A stretch of 64,000 bases of DNA, from assembly GCA_963664435.2 (NCBI GenBank), contig CAXXKM010000003.1, forward strand, positions 160,001 through 224,000, given 5' to 3'. Positions within the stretch are counted from its first letter, which is position 1. Each line of letters opens with the position of its first letter. The stretch is from Longimicrobiales bacterium (lineage in GTDB: Bacteria > Gemmatimonadota > Gemmatimonadetes > Longimicrobiales > Gaopeijiaceae). The position numbers and the translations under genes were made by a program. Positions 20,014-30,874 of the stretch are shown here, piece by piece. A model generated the notes under the pieces. That model was not told the origin of the DNA, did no database searches, and saw only the letters and a list, made by a program, of their open reading frames with translations.

Positions 20014-21376
20014 CGACGCCCCTGGCCCTGAGCCAGTCCTCGACCTCGCCCTGGATCTCCCCCAGGCGGGCATCGGTGTCGGCTTCGTAGCGTGCCGCCA
20101 GGACAGGCTGGGTATTGGATGCCCTCAGCAGACCCCAGCCGCCGTCGAAGAGGATGCGCGCTCCGTCCACTGCGATCACCTCATGGCTCCGGGAGAAATG
20201 TTCGCGCGCGGCTTCGGCGATGTCGCGCTTGATGTGCTCGGCCACCTCGATACGGTATTCGGGCGTGGACGAATAGCGCGGCAGGTCCGCCACCAGCGCC
20301 GAGAGTGAGCGTCCGGACGAAGCCAGCAGGCGCAGGAGCCGGCATGCGGCGTAGACGGCGTCGTCCACCCCGATGAACTCGTCTGCGAAGCAGATGTGGC
20401 CGGAGAGTTCGCCACCGATGATGGCTCCGGCGGCATGCATCTTCTCCTTGATGAGCGAGTGCCCGGTCGCCCACATCACGGGGACGCCCCCCGCCGCCTC
20501 GAACACGCGCGGCAGAGCCTGGGAGCACTTCACGTCGAAGACCAGCTTCTGGCCGGGACCCCGGCGCTCGAGCACCTCGAGGCCGAAGAGGAGGAGCAGG
20601 ATGTCTCCGCGAACCACCGTACCGGTCTCGTCCACGACCCCGATGCGGTCGGCATCGCCGTCGAAGCCGACGCCCAGATCCGCTCCGGTCTCGCGGACCC
20701 TGGCCGCCAGGTCCACGATGTTCTCGTCCACCGTGGGATCGGGATGATGGTTCGGGAAGGTCCCGTCCAACTCGCAATAGAGGGGCACCACCTCGGCTCC
20801 GATCGCCTCCAGCACCGGCACTGCGGTGAGCGCCCCGGAAGCGTTGCCGCAATCAACCACCACCCGCAGCGGATCGATTCCCTCGAACCGGCCGGCGATG
20901 TCGGCGACGTACCGGTCGAGCACCTCCACGCATTCCTGGGAGCCCGGTCCGCGAGCCGCCCCTCCCTCATCGATTCGGCGGCGCAGTTCCTGAATCCCGT
21001 CGCCGTGGAAAGGGCGCCCCCCGATGGTCATCTTGATGCCGTTCCATTCGGCGGGGTTGTGGCTGCCGGTGATCTGAACGCCGCCGTCCGCTTCCAGCTC
21101 CCGTTCAGCCCAGTACGTTACGGGCGTGGGCACGGTGCCGAGCCGAATCACGCGACCGCCCGCCGAGCAGATCCCGTGCGAGAGGGCGTCGGCCAGGCCG
21201 TCCGAGCTGGGACGGTTGTCGCTCCCGACCACGACGCGAGGTCGAGCATCACCGGTGCGTTCGCCGACGGTCGTCGCGAATGCTTTCCCGGTGGCGCGCG
21301 CCACGTCGGCATCGATGGTCTCGCCGACGATGCCTCGAATGTCGTATTGCCGGAAGATTTCGGGAGAAAAGGTCAA
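20006..21376 (-). CDS. Phosphomannomutase/phosphoglucomutase
   Basis: IFRQYDIRG, ITGSHNP (phospho-Ser), FDGDADR, GELSGH, RASNT. Start is TTG 21376 or ATG 21475. Confidence 0.93.
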   Translation of the reverse strand: MTFSPEIFRQYDIRGIVGETIDADVARATGKAFATTVGERTGDARPRVVVGSDNRPSSDGLADALSHGICSAGGRVIRLGTVPTPVTYWAERELEADGGVQITGSHNPAEWNGIKMTIGGRPFHGDGIQELRRRIDEGGAARGPGSQECVEVLDRYVADIAGRFEGIDPLRVVVDCGNASGALTAVPVLEAIGAEVVPLYCELDGTFPNHHPDPTVDENIVDLAARVRETGADLGVGFDGDADRIGVVDETGTVVRGDILLLLFGLEVLERRGPGQKLVFDVKCSQALPRVFEAAGGVPVMWATGHSLIKEKMHAAGAIIGGELSGHICFADEFIGVDDAVYAACRLLRLLASSGRSLSALVADLPRYSSTPEYRIEVAEHIKRDIAEAAREHFSRSHEVIAVDGARILFDGGWGLLRASNTQPVLAARYEADTDARLGEIQGEVEDWLRARGVDV

Positions 21377-21477
21377 AACCGGTACAGGCCAGAAGTTGGT
21401 TGCGTGCCGTCTGATGTTTGGCGGATGCCGCGCGATCCGCCGCCGCGCGCCAGCGCGGGAGCGCGCCGCATTCATCC

Positions 21478-22995
21478 CTAGGGGGCGGCGCCGAGGAGGA
21501 GTGCCCCGGCGGTCAGGAGGCCTTCCGCACCCGCGCGGGCAAAGTCCACGCCGCCGCCCGGGAAGATGCCCAGCCCGATGACCACCGCGACCGCCGCGCC
21601 CATCGCGAAGCGCATGGTCAGCGGGACCGTCACCGGATCCGCCTCGCCGGAGCCCGCGCCGTCCCGCATCCACATGTACCATGCGATCCGCAGGTAGTAA
21701 TAGTACGACACGACGGTCGTGAGAACGAAAATGACGGAAAGGGTCCAGAGTCCGGCCTCGGCCGCGCCTTGCAGGATGAAGATCTTGCCCATGAAGCCGC
21801 CCGTGCCCGGGAAGCCGGCAAGGGAGAGGAGGAAGATGGTGAGGCAGACCGCCAGCGCGGGGTGCCTTGCTCCCAGGCCGGCATAGCGGTCGATCCCGAG
21901 CCGCTCCTCGCTGTGCCCGGAGACGCACAGGACCACGGCAAAGGCGCCGATGTTCATCGCGGTGTAGACCAGCAGGTAGAACAGCAGCCCCGCGGTGGCA
22001 TTCTGGTTCAGGGCCACGATCGCCACCAGCAGGTAGCCGGCGTGGGCGATGCTGGAATAGGCCAGCAGCCGTTTCACGTTGGTCTGAGCCAGCGCGATCA
22101 CGTTGGCGATCACCATGGTGAGCGCCGCGAGCCACCAGCCGATCGCGTACCAGCTCTCGGGGATGCCTCCGAAGCCGACCAGGAAGACGCGGGCGAAGGC
22201 GACGAACGCAGCTGCCTTCACGCTGGCCGACATGAACGCCGTCACCGGCGAAGGGGCGCCCTCGTACACGTCGGGCGTCCACATGTGGAACGGGATCGCC
22301 GAAACCTTGAAGGCGAACCCGATGGCCAGCAGCGCGATGCCGACATGGAGCAGCCCCGCCACCGCCGCGCCCGAACCGATCGCCAGCGCGATGAGCCCCA
22401 GGTTGGTGCTGCCCGTGGCTCCGTACACCAGCGCGATCCCGTAGAGCAGAAAGCCGGTCGAGAAAGCACCCAGCAGGAAGTACTTGAGCCCCGCCTCCGC
22501 CGACTTCGGATCGCGCCTATTGAAGCCGGACAGCACGTAGGCGCTGATCGACATCACCTCAAGGGCCAGGAAGATGACGATCAGGTCGCGCGTGCCTCCC
22601 ATGAGCATCATGCCCACCGTGGCGAAGAGCACCAGGGCGTGGAATTCTCCCTCCTGCAGCCGCTGCCGGCGCACGTAGGCGGGCGAGATGGCCAGGGCGA
22701 GGGCGGCCGCCAGGAGGAAGATCCAGTTGGCGAAGAGATGGAAGCGGTCCACCGCGATCATCGGGCTTCCCGGCCCCGGGGTCAGCCCGTACAGCCACCC
22801 GTTTGCCAGGGCTGCCGCGAGCACGCCCACCATCGCCAGGACCGCGAGATCACCGGAACCCGATCGAGACGAGGATGTCGCACCGCCTCCCTTCCAGACG
22901 CCGGCCAGGAGCACCACCGTCCCCCAGACCGAAAGCACGATCTCGGGAAGGAGCGCCAGCAGATAGTGCGCGGGGGTGGAGAAGTCGAGCGTCAT
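21478..22995 (-). CDS. nuoN: NADH-quinone oxidoreductase subunit N
   Basis: EAGLKYF, FKVSAIPFHMWTPDVYEGAP, KRLLAYSSIAHAGY. Confidence 0.96.
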   Translation of the reverse strand: MTLDFSTPAHYLLALLPEIVLSVWGTVVLLAGVWKGGGATSSSRSGSGDLAVLAMVGVLAAALANGWLYGLTPGPGSPMIAVDRFHLFANWIFLLAAALALAISPAYVRRQRLQEGEFHALVLFATVGMMLMGGTRDLIVIFLALEVMSISAYVLSGFNRRDPKSAEAGLKYFLLGAFSTGFLLYGIALVYGATGSTNLGLIALAIGSGAAVAGLLHVGIALLAIGFAFKVSAIPFHMWTPDVYEGAPSPVTAFMSASVKAAAFVAFARVFLVGFGGIPESWYAIGWWLAALTMVIANVIALAQTNVKRLLAYSSIAHAGYLLVAIVALNQNATAGLLFYLLVYTAMNIGAFAVVLCVSGHSEERLGIDRYAGLGARHPALAVCLTIFLLSLAGFPGTGGFMGKIFILQGAAEAGLWTLSVIFVLTTVVSYYYYLRIAWYMWMRDGAGSGEADPVTVPLTMRFAMGAAVAVVIGLGIFPGGGVDFARAGAEGLLTAGALLLGAAP

Positions 22996-24524
22996 GAGTC
23001 GGCCGACTCCTCGGCGGGCTGCGTCATGTGGACGCGCTCCAGGATGGCGTCCACGCTCGGTTCCATGCGTTCCAGGATCGGCGTGGGCGCGACCCCGATC
23101 ACGATCATGAGCGCGACCATGGGCGACAGGATGAAGATCTCCCGGCGGGAAAGGTCGGGCATCGACCGGTTTTCCTCCCGGTCCAGCTCGTTGAAGAGCA
23201 CGCGCTGTACCATCGGCAACATGTAGTAGGCGGCGAAGATGACGCCGCTGGTCGCGATGACGGCGGTGACGGGATGCGTCTCGAAGGTGCCCAGAAGCGC
23301 CAGGAACTCGCCGACGAAGCCGCTCGTGCCGGGCAGCCCGATGGATGCCAGGGCGGTGATCACGAGAGCCAGCGAGAGCATGGGGGCCACCCGCGCGAGC
23401 CCCCCGAACTCACCGGTCAGGCGGGTGTGGCGGCGCTCGTACAGCATGCCCAGGATGAGGAAGAGCGCCCCGGTGGAGATGCCGTGCGAGATCATCACCA
23501 CCAGTCCCCCCTGGATGCCGGTCACGGTGAGGGCGAAGATGCCGATGACCACGAAGCCCATGTGGGCCACGGAGGTGTAGGCCACCAGCTTCTTGGCGTC
23601 CGGTTGCACCGCGGCGACCCAGGCGGCATACACGATGCCCGCCGTGCCGAGGACCAGCATCACGGTCACCACCGTGGGGTGCTGGGAGGCGGCCGGGAAG
23701 AACGGCAGCAGGAAGCGCAGGAACCCGTAGGTGCCCATCTTGAGCAGGATCGCGGCCAGCACCACCGAGCCCGGCGTGGGAGCCTCCACGTGCGCGTCCG
23801 GCAGCCAGGTGTGGAAGGGGAACAGCGGCACCTTGATCGAGAAGGCGAGCGCGAAGGCGGCGAACAGCCAGAGCTGCTCGCGCATCGAGAGCGACACGCC
23901 GAGGATGTCCAGATAGGCGAAGGATCCGTCTCCGGCGCCCGCGGTCGCGGCGTAGAGATAGAGAATGCCGACCAGCATCAGCAGCGACCCCACCGCCGTG
24001 TACAGGAAGAACTTCACCGCTGCGTAAATGCGGCGCTTGCCGCCCCAGACCCCGACGATGAAGTACATCGGGACCAGGGTGAGCTCGAAGAAGACGTAGA
24101 AAAGCATCAGATCCAGCGCCGTGAAGACGCCGATGATGCCCGTCTGCAGCAGGAGCATGAGGGCGTAGAAGGACTTCTGGCGGTGGGTGATGTAGCGGAA
24201 CGAGCCGAGAATGGTGATCGGGGCCGTGAAGCAGGCCAGAAGCACCATGAACAGCGAGATGCCGTCGATGCCGAGGGCGTAGTGGACGCCCCAGGCCTCG
24301 ATCCAGGGCACGCTGGACGCCATCTGAAACCCCGGATCCCCAACCGTGAAGGATCCCCACAGGCCGAGGCTGACGACGAAGAGCCCGAGCGTCCAGCCGA
24401 AGGCGATGTGCCCGGATCGTTCCTGGCGCTCGAGCAGCACATGCAGCATCGCCGCCATCGGCCCCCACACAAGCACGTGCAGGATCCAGGAATCGAACGC
24501 GACGGCTTCCAGCAGACTCGTCAT
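22992..24524 (-). CDS. nuoM: NADH-quinone oxidoreductase subunit M
   Basis: DGIS, FYVFFE, KVPLFPFHTWLPDAHVEAPT, LLKMGTYG. Confidence 0.96.
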   Translation of the reverse strand: MTSLLEAVAFDSWILHVLVWGPMAAMLHVLLERQERSGHIAFGWTLGLFVVSLGLWGSFTVGDPGFQMASSVPWIEAWGVHYALGIDGISLFMVLLACFTAPITILGSFRYITHRQKSFYALMLLLQTGIIGVFTALDLMLFYVFFELTLVPMYFIVGVWGGKRRIYAAVKFFLYTAVGSLLMLVGILYLYAATAGAGDGSFAYLDILGVSLSMREQLWLFAAFALAFSIKVPLFPFHTWLPDAHVEAPTPGSVVLAAILLKMGTYGFLRFLLPFFPAASQHPTVVTVMLVLGTAGIVYAAWVAAVQPDAKKLVAYTSVAHMGFVVIGIFALTVTGIQGGLVVMISHGISTGALFLILGMLYERRHTRLTGEFGGLARVAPMLSLALVITALASIGLPGTSGFVGEFLALLGTFETHPVTAVIATSGVIFAAYYMLPMVQRVLFNELDREENRSMPDLSRREIFILSPMVALMIVIGVAPTPILERMEPSVDAILERVHMTQPAEESADS

Positions 24525-26671
24525 GGCGGGCCTCCCTGGAAGACCACGAAGCCCACGATCGCGAGGACTCCCAGCGTGAGGACGAGGGCGTAGGTGTTGA
24601 CCTGCCCGGTCTGGAAGAGGCTCACAAAGGCGCCTCCGGCCCGGGTCACCAGCCCGAGCCCGTTGACCGCACCGTCGATCAGGACGGTGTCGATGACGCG
24701 CCATGAGAAGCGCGAGGCCGCGAGGACCGGCTGGACCACGAAGCGGTCGTAGAACTCGTCGACGTACCACTTGTTGAAGAGCAGGCCCTTCAAACCCGCG
24801 GGCGCGGCGGCCTGGGCGGCGGGCGCCACCTTCCAGCGGGCGGCGGCACGCGCGGTGAACAGCACCACAGCCAGCGCGGCCAGCGTGGACAGTCCGGCCC
24901 ACAGCACCTCGCCGCCGCCGAACGGCGCAGCGTGGGCGGGCTCTCCCAGGTGTTCATAGCGGATTCCCGTCGCGCCGGCGGTGACGGGCTCCAGCCAGCG
25001 GTGCAGCCATTCCGAGGTGGGGAGCGCCCCCGCCAGCCCGAGGACCGAAGCGGCCACCTCTTCCGGCACATTGACCCACCCGCCCACGACCGACAGAACC
25101 GCCAGCGCGATCAGCGGGATGGTCATCACCCGGGGCGCCTCGTGCAGGTGCCGCGCCTCCTCGCGTCCCGTGCGGTTGGCGCCGTGGAAGGTCATCACCA
25201 TGAGGCGCGTCATGTAGATGGCGGTCAGCAGCGCGGTCGCCAGTGCGAGCACCCAGAGGACCGTGAAGAGCACCGGGTAGCTCGAGGAGGCGGCCAGGCC
25301 GGCGTACCAGATGATCTCGTCCTTGGAGAAGAACCCGGCCAGCGGCCAGACCCCCGCGATGGCCAGGGTCGCGATCCACATGGTGATCCAGGTAACCGGC
25401 ATCGCGGCGCGCAGCCCGCCCATGTTGCGCATGTCCTGGGGGTCGGCGTGGCTGTGCGTGCCGTGCAGCGCGTGATGCATCGCGTGAATCACCGCGCCCG
25501 ACCCCAGGAACAGAAGCGCCTTGAAGAAGGCGTGGGTCATCAGGTGGAAGATGCCCGCGGCCCAGGCGCCCACCCCGACGGCCAGGAACATGTAGCCCAG
25601 CTGGGAAATGGTGGAGTAGGCGAGCACCTTCTTGATGTCGTATTGCGCGAGCGCGATGGTCGCGGCCAGGAGCGCGGTGAGCACGCCCACGGTGGCCACG
25701 ACCGCGCTGCTCACGGGGGCCAGCGCGAAGAGGACCGACGTGCGCGCCACCATGTAGACGCCCGCGGTCACCATGGTCGCGGCGTGGATCAGCGCGGAGA
25801 CCGGCGTGGGGCCGGCCATCGCGTCCGGCAGCCAGACGTACAGCGGGATCTGGGCGCTCTTGCCCGCCGCCCCCAGGAAGAGGAACAGCGTGATCGCGGT
25901 GACGGTGGCTCCTCCGTACTCGAGCAGCGCCGGGGCCTCGGGGAAGACCTCGGCGAAGGCCAGGGTGCCGAAGGTGGTGAACACCAGGAACATCGCCACA
26001 AGGAAGCCGAAGTCGCCGATGCGGTTGACGATGAACGCCTTCTTGCCGGCGTCGGACTTCTCGCGGTCCTGGAACCAGAAGCCGATCAGCAGATAGCTGC
26101 ACAGCCCCACCCCTTCCCATCCCACGAACATCACCGGGAAGCTCGCCCCCAGGACGAGCACCAGCATGAAGAAGACGAAGAGGTTCAGGTAGGAGAAGTA
26201 GCGCGCGTAGCCGGGGTCGTCGTGCATGTAGCCGACGCTGAACACGTGGATCAGGAAGCCGACGCCGGTCACCACCAGCATCATGATCATGCTGAGCTGG
26301 TCAAGCTGCAGCGCCGCGTCCACCTCCAGCGCCCCGGTGACCATCCAGCTCCAGTAGCTCACCACGACCGGATCGTGCAGGTCCGCGTGGAACATCCCCG
26401 CGAAGTTGAGCAGCACGAGCACGAAGGAGAGCCCGACCACCCCCGGCCCCACCAGCGTCACCCAGCGCTTGTGCCCGTCGTCCTGATGCTCCGACCCGTC
26501 GGCGCCTGCGCGCACCGCGTTCGCCGCCCGTGCGCCCGCGCGCATCGCCAGGACGCCGTTGACCAGGAAGCCCAGCAGGGGGAGCAGGACGATGAGCCCT
26601 GGCAGCACCGGCTCGAACGCTGCCGGCTGCGTGCCTTCCTGGATGAGGCTCGAGAGCGGCGCGAGCGTCAT
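24521..26671 (-). CDS. nuoL: NADH-quinone oxidoreductase subunit L
   Basis: GWEGVGLCSY, NRIGD, WLPDAMAGPTPVSALIHAATMV, THAFFKALLF. Confidence 0.97.
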   Translation of the reverse strand: MTLAPLSSLIQEGTQPAAFEPVLPGLIVLLPLLGFLVNGVLAMRAGARAANAVRAGADGSEHQDDGHKRWVTLVGPGVVGLSFVLVLLNFAGMFHADLHDPVVVSYWSWMVTGALEVDAALQLDQLSMIMMLVVTGVGFLIHVFSVGYMHDDPGYARYFSYLNLFVFFMLVLVLGASFPVMFVGWEGVGLCSYLLIGFWFQDREKSDAGKKAFIVNRIGDFGFLVAMFLVFTTFGTLAFAEVFPEAPALLEYGGATVTAITLFLFLGAAGKSAQIPLYVWLPDAMAGPTPVSALIHAATMVTAGVYMVARTSVLFALAPVSSAVVATVGVLTALLAATIALAQYDIKKVLAYSTISQLGYMFLAVGVGAWAAGIFHLMTHAFFKALLFLGSGAVIHAMHHALHGTHSHADPQDMRNMGGLRAAMPVTWITMWIATLAIAGVWPLAGFFSKDEIIWYAGLAASSSYPVLFTVLWVLALATALLTAIYMTRLMVMTFHGANRTGREEARHLHEAPRVMTIPLIALAVLSVVGGWVNVPEEVAASVLGLAGALPTSEWLHRWLEPVTAGATGIRYEHLGEPAHAAPFGGGEVLWAGLSTLAALAVVLFTARAAARWKVAPAAQAAAPAGLKGLLFNKWYVDEFYDRFVVQPVLAASRFSWRVIDTVLIDGAVNGLGLVTRAGGAFVSLFQTGQVNTYALVLTLGVLAIVGFVVFQGGPP

Positions 26672-26675
26672 CTAC

Positions 26676-26969
26676 CTACCACTTGAGCAGGTTGAAGTTG
26701 TCGACATTGACGGTCCGGTAGTGCCGGAAGATGGAGATGATGATCGCGAGCCCGACCGCGGCTTCCGCCGCCGCCACCGTCATGACGAAGAAGACGAAGA
26801 CCTGTCCCTCGACGCCCACGTACCGGGAGAAGGCCACCAGGGCCAGGTTCACCGCGTTCAGCTGGAGCTCGATGCAGAGGAACATGATGATGGCGTTGCG
26901 GCGCACCAGCACGCCGAAGGTGCCGATCACGAACAGCAGGGCGCTGGTGGTCAGGGCTTCGGTCAGCAC
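26676..26969 (-). CDS. nuoK: NADH-quinone oxidoreductase subunit K
   Basis: [25 protein letters not shown] start preceded by GAGGAG SD. Confidence 0.95.
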   Translation of the reverse strand: MLTEALTTSALLFVIGTFGVLVRRNAIIMFLCIELQLNAVNLALVAFSRYVGVEGQVFVFFVMTVAAAEAAVGLAIIISIFRHYRTVNVDNFNLLKW

Positions 26970-26979
26970 GCGACGCTCC

Positions 26980-27504
26980 TCATACCCGCTTCTTCGCCAG
27001 CGCGACGGCCCCCACCACGGCGACAAGCAGCAGGATTCCGGTGATCTCGAAGGGAACCACGTACTCCTGGAAGAGCGGCCGCGCGATCAGCGACACCGCG
27101 CCCCGCTCGGCCAGCTCCAGGTCCATCGCCGCCGCGCCGGGAAAACTCTCGTACAGCGGGCTCGTCTCCGCGCCGCCGAACCGGGTGGCCAGCAGGCCGC
27201 AGAGCGCTCCGGAGACGACGAAGGCGCACACGGCGTAGAGTCCGCGCACGAGGTCGTCCCTGTAGTCGTGCCCCAGGTTCAGGAGCATGATCACGAACAG
27301 GAAGAGCACCATGATGGCGCCGGCGTAGACCATCACCTGGATGGCGGCCAGGAAATGAGCTTCCAGCAGCACGAAGATGCCGGCTACGCTCGCCAGCGAC
27401 ACCACCATGAACATGAGGCTGGCCACCGGATTCCGGCTCGCCACGACCCCGATGCCTCCGCCGACCACGGTCACGGCGAAAACGTAGAAGAGGATCAGCT
27501 CCAT
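26980..27504 (-). CDS. nuoJ: NADH-quinone oxidoreductase subunit J
   Basis: [20 protein letters not shown]. Confidence 0.95.
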   Translation of the reverse strand: MELILFYVFAVTVVGGGIGVVASRNPVASLMFMVVSLASVAGIFVLLEAHFLAAIQVMVYAGAIMVLFLFVIMLLNLGHDYRDDLVRGLYAVCAFVVSGALCGLLATRFGGAETSPLYESFPGAAAMDLELAERGAVSLIARPLFQEYVVPFEITGILLLVAVVGAVALAKKRV

Positions 27505-27508
27505 CCCC

Positions 27509-28009
27509 TCACTCCGATGCGGGGTCGGAGGGATCCCAGAGCGCCGTGACCGGATGCTCCTGCTCCATCAGGCGGTCCAGGTCGTAGACGAAGCGCTCGC
27601 GCGTATACTCGGCGTTCTCGAAGTGCTGGCCCACGTGAATCGCCTCCACCGGGCACACCTCCTGGCACATGCCGCAGAAGATGCAGCGGAACTCGTCGAT
27701 CTCGTAGACGATGGGGTAGCGGTTGCCCTGATCGTCCTCGCCGCCGACCAGGCGGATGCAGTTGGCCGGGCAGACCGTGGGGCAGAGGCCGCAGGCCACG
27801 CACTTGGGGCGCCCGTCGGCGTGCACCTCCATGCGGTGGGTGCCGCGCCAGCGGGGGTGGAGTTCGGTAGGCTCCTCCGGATAGCTGCGGGTCACCTTGC
27901 GGGGATTCACCATGTGCCGGAAGGTCAGCGACATCCCCTTGAGGGCAGCTCTCAGGTACGAACTCCGGGCCGCTTCCGGCCTGCGCACCAGCTTCACCGA
28001 AATGGCCAT
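27509..28009 (-). CDS. nuoI: NADH-quinone oxidoreductase subunit I
   Basis: CVACGLCPTVCP and CIFCGMCQEVCP. Confidence 0.96.
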   Translation of the reverse strand: MAISVKLVRRPEAARSSYLRAALKGMSLTFRHMVNPRKVTRSYPEEPTELHPRWRGTHRMEVHADGRPKCVACGLCPTVCPANCIRLVGGEDDQGNRYPIVYEIDEFRCIFCGMCQEVCPVEAIHVGQHFENAEYTRERFVYDLDRLMEQEHPVTALWDPSDPASE

Positions 28010-28025
28010 GGCGACTCCCCGGGAA

Positions 28026-29285
28026 TCATGGGTGGGCGGCCGGCGCCGCGCGGGCGGCCCGTCCGGCGGGCGCGGCCCCGGTGATGATCCGGCCGCGGTC
28101 GAGGTACAGGGCGAACATGCCGGTGGCGACGAGGCTCACGGCGGTCAGCGCCAGGCCGAAGCCCGGTCCGGCGGACACGCCCAGCTGATCCAGCACCAGG
28201 ATGGTGCCGCCCACGAGCATGACGTAGGCGAGCGCCGTGGGCAACATCACCTTCCACCCCAGGTGCATGACCTGGTCGTAGCGGAAGCGCGGAAGCGTCC
28301 AGCGCACCCAGATGTAGAGGACCACGAAAAAAGTGGTCTTGAGCATGAAGGCGCCCAGGGTGAGCAGCGTGGTCCAGATGGACAGCTGTGCCGCGATGGG
28401 CTCGCCCGCGGCGGTGAAGCCGGAGATGAGCCCGCCCTCGTACGGGATGAAATTGTCTCCCGTCCAGAAGGGGATGTCCCAACCCCCCAGAAACAGCGTG
28501 GCCATGAGCGCCGAGGCGGTGATCACGTGCGCGTACTCGGCGATGAAGAACATGCTGAACTTCATGGACGAGTATTCGGTGTGATAGCCGGTTACGAGCT
28601 CGGACTCGGCTTCGGGCATGTCGAAGGGCAGCCGGTTGGTTTCCGCGAACGCCGAGATCAGGAAGAGCAGGAAGCCGAGCGACAGCGGCAGCACGTACCA
28701 GAGGCCGAGCTGCTGATCGGCCACCATCCGCGTGAGCGTGACGTTGCCCGCCAGCATCATGACCGGGATCAGGGAGAGCCCCAGGCCGACCTCGTAGCTC
28801 ACCATCTGGGCGGAGGCGCGCAACCCGCCCAGCAACGCGTACTTGTTGTTGGAGGACCATCCGCCCAGGAAAATCCCGTACACGCCGAGCGAGCCGATGG
28901 CGAGGATGTAGAGCACCCCCACCGGCAGGTCGGCGACGATCATGTCCACGGTTCCCCACGGGGTGGGCAGAGGGGCGGCGAAGGGAATCACGGCGAAGGT
29001 GACGAGCGCCGGCATGATCGACAGCATCGGGCCCAGAACGAAGAAGAAGCGCGATGCGGTGGCCGGGTTGGTCTCTTCCTTGATGATGTTCTTGAGCCCG
29101 TCGGCGATGGGCTGCAGGAGCCCGAACGGGCCCACCCGGTTCGGCCCCAGGCGATCCTGGATGAAGGCGGAGATGCGCCGTTCGGCCCAGGTGGCGTACA
29201 TGATCGCAACCATCAGCGCCGTGAAGACGGCCAGCACCTTGACGGCTGCCGCAATCAGGAAAGCCGTGGGCGAGAGCTCGTTCAT
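28026..29285 (-). CDS. nuoH: NADH-quinone oxidoreductase subunit H
   Basis: QDRLGPNRVGP, ADGLK, AETNRLPFDMPEAESEL, PRFRYDQ. Confidence 0.96.
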   Translation of the reverse strand: MNELSPTAFLIAAAVKVLAVFTALMVAIMYATWAERRISAFIQDRLGPNRVGPFGLLQPIADGLKNIIKEETNPATASRFFFVLGPMLSIMPALVTFAVIPFAAPLPTPWGTVDMIVADLPVGVLYILAIGSLGVYGIFLGGWSSNNKYALLGGLRASAQMVSYEVGLGLSLIPVMMLAGNVTLTRMVADQQLGLWYVLPLSLGFLLFLISAFAETNRLPFDMPEAESELVTGYHTEYSSMKFSMFFIAEYAHVITASALMATLFLGGWDIPFWTGDNFIPYEGGLISGFTAAGEPIAAQLSIWTTLLTLGAFMLKTTFFVVLYIWVRWTLPRFRYDQVMHLGWKVMLPTALAYVMLVGGTILVLDQLGVSAGPGFGLALTAVSLVATGMFALYLDRGRIITGAAPAGRAARAAPAAHP

Positions 29286-30874
29286 CGTTCTCCCGCGAGG
29301 GCCGCGGGACGGTCCACGGCCGTACCCCGCGCGCCGATCCTGTCGTAGCTGAGCCCTTCATACTCCGGCACGCCCGCCGCCAGCCGGTCGAACACCTCCG
29401 ACGCGCTCGCCGGCGCCGGTCTTCCCGCGAGGGAAGCGGCCACCGACCCGAGCACCTGCCATGCCGGCTGGGCGTGCCCGGCGGCCCTGAGCGCGGGCTC
29501 GAAGCGCTGAACCCGTGTCTGCACGCTGGTGAACGTCCCCTCCTGCTCCGCGAAGGTGGTGACCGGGAGCACGAAGTGCGCGCTGCGGGCCGCCGGCGCC
29601 GGGTGGCCTCCGAGGTAGACGAAGAGTTCCGCCCGCGAGCCGAAGTCCTCCGGCTGATCGGCAAGTTCGTCGGCCAGCACGATCAGCGCGCCGGCGCCCG
29701 CGGCCACTTCCTCCAGCCCTCCGGTGGCATCGTCGCTCCCCACCCGGCGCAGCCCCAGCAGTTCGGCGCCGCGGGTGTTGGGCGCCAGGTCGCGCCGGCG
29801 GGTCAGCACCGGGAAGCCGGGCAACGGGACCTCGTCCGGGGCTCTCGGCGAGCGGTACACGATGTCGCCGCCGCCGAGACAGTCCATGAGCTCCCGGAGC
29901 GCTGCCAGATCCTCGTTGGACGCGTGGGCCGAAGCGACGGCCCGGACGGGTCCGCGGCATGCCTCGAGCCGTTCCCGCAGCGAAGCGAGAGCTGCGTGCC
30001 ATCCAGGCGCCGACCAGCCGCCGTCTCCGCGCACGAACGGCTCCTCGATGCGGTCGCCGCGGTTCATCCACTCGTAACGGCCGCGGCCGTAGTCGCACAT
30101 CCAGTGGCCGTTGACCTCCGGGTTTTCGCGGGGCTTGAGCCGATGCACCACGTTGTCGCGGGTGTGGATGTCGATATTGCATCCCTGCGAGCAGTTGGGA
30201 CACACGGACGGGGTGTGGTCGAGGTCCCAGGCGCGCGCCTTGTGCAGAAAGTCCTTGGAGACCAGCGCCCCCACCGGACAGATGTCGACGATGTTGCCCG
30301 CGTAGGGAGAGTCCCTCAGCCCCTGTTCGAAGAACGTGTCGATGACCGCCCGGTCGCCCCGCTCCACCACCGTCAGCACGGGATCCTGCGCCATCTCCTC
30401 CATGAAGCGCACGCAGCGCGTGCACATGACGCAGCGATCGCCGTAGAAGAGGACGTCGCCTCCGAAGTCGTCGCGGCCGAAGACGCGCTTGGGCTCGATC
30501 CCGCGCCCGTGCGCCCGGCCTTCGGAGTGGACATAGTCCTGCAGCTTGCACTCCCCGGACTGGTCGCAGATCGGGCAATCCAGCGGGTGGTTGATGAGGT
30601 AGAACTCGAGCACGCCCTTGCGCATCTCGCGCGCCAGCCCCTCGTCGGTGCGCACCACCTGGCCGTCCTGGGCCTGTGTGACGCAGGAGGGCATGGGCTT
30701 GGGGGCGCCTTCAACGTCCACCAGGCAGAGGCGGCACTGGGCGGGCGCGGACAGGGCGGGGTGATAGCAGTAGTGCGGCACCTCCACCCCGATCTCCTGG
30801 GCGGCGTGAAGCAGGCTGGTGCCCTCGGGGACCGTGACCTGGCGGCCGTCGATGGTGAGGGTGACGGTGCTCAC
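29282..30874 (-). CDS. nuoG: NADH-quinone oxidoreductase subunit G (short form, ~530 aa)
   Basis: CYHP...CRLC, HPLDCPICDQSGEC, CVMCTRC, CPNCSQGC; GTG overlaps the nuoF stop. Confidence 0.93.
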   Translation of the reverse strand: MSTVTLTIDGRQVTVPEGTSLLHAAQEIGVEVPHYCYHPALSAPAQCRLCLVDVEGAPKPMPSCVTQAQDGQVVRTDEGLAREMRKGVLEFYLINHPLDCPICDQSGECKLQDYVHSEGRAHGRGIEPKRVFGRDDFGGDVLFYGDRCVMCTRCVRFMEEMAQDPVLTVVERGDRAVIDTFFEQGLRDSPYAGNIVDICPVGALVSKDFLHKARAWDLDHTPSVCPNCSQGCNIDIHTRDNVVHRLKPRENPEVNGHWMCDYGRGRYEWMNRGDRIEEPFVRGDGGWSAPGWHAALASLRERLEACRGPVRAVASAHASNEDLAALRELMDCLGGGDIVYRSPRAPDEVPLPGFPVLTRRRDLAPNTRGAELLGLRRVGSDDATGGLEEVAAGAGALIVLADELADQPEDFGSRAELFVYLGGHPAPAARSAHFVLPVTTFAEQEGTFTSVQTRVQRFEPALRAAGHAQPAWQVLGSVAASLAGRPAPASASEVFDRLAAGVPEYEGLSYDRIGARGTAVDRPAALAGER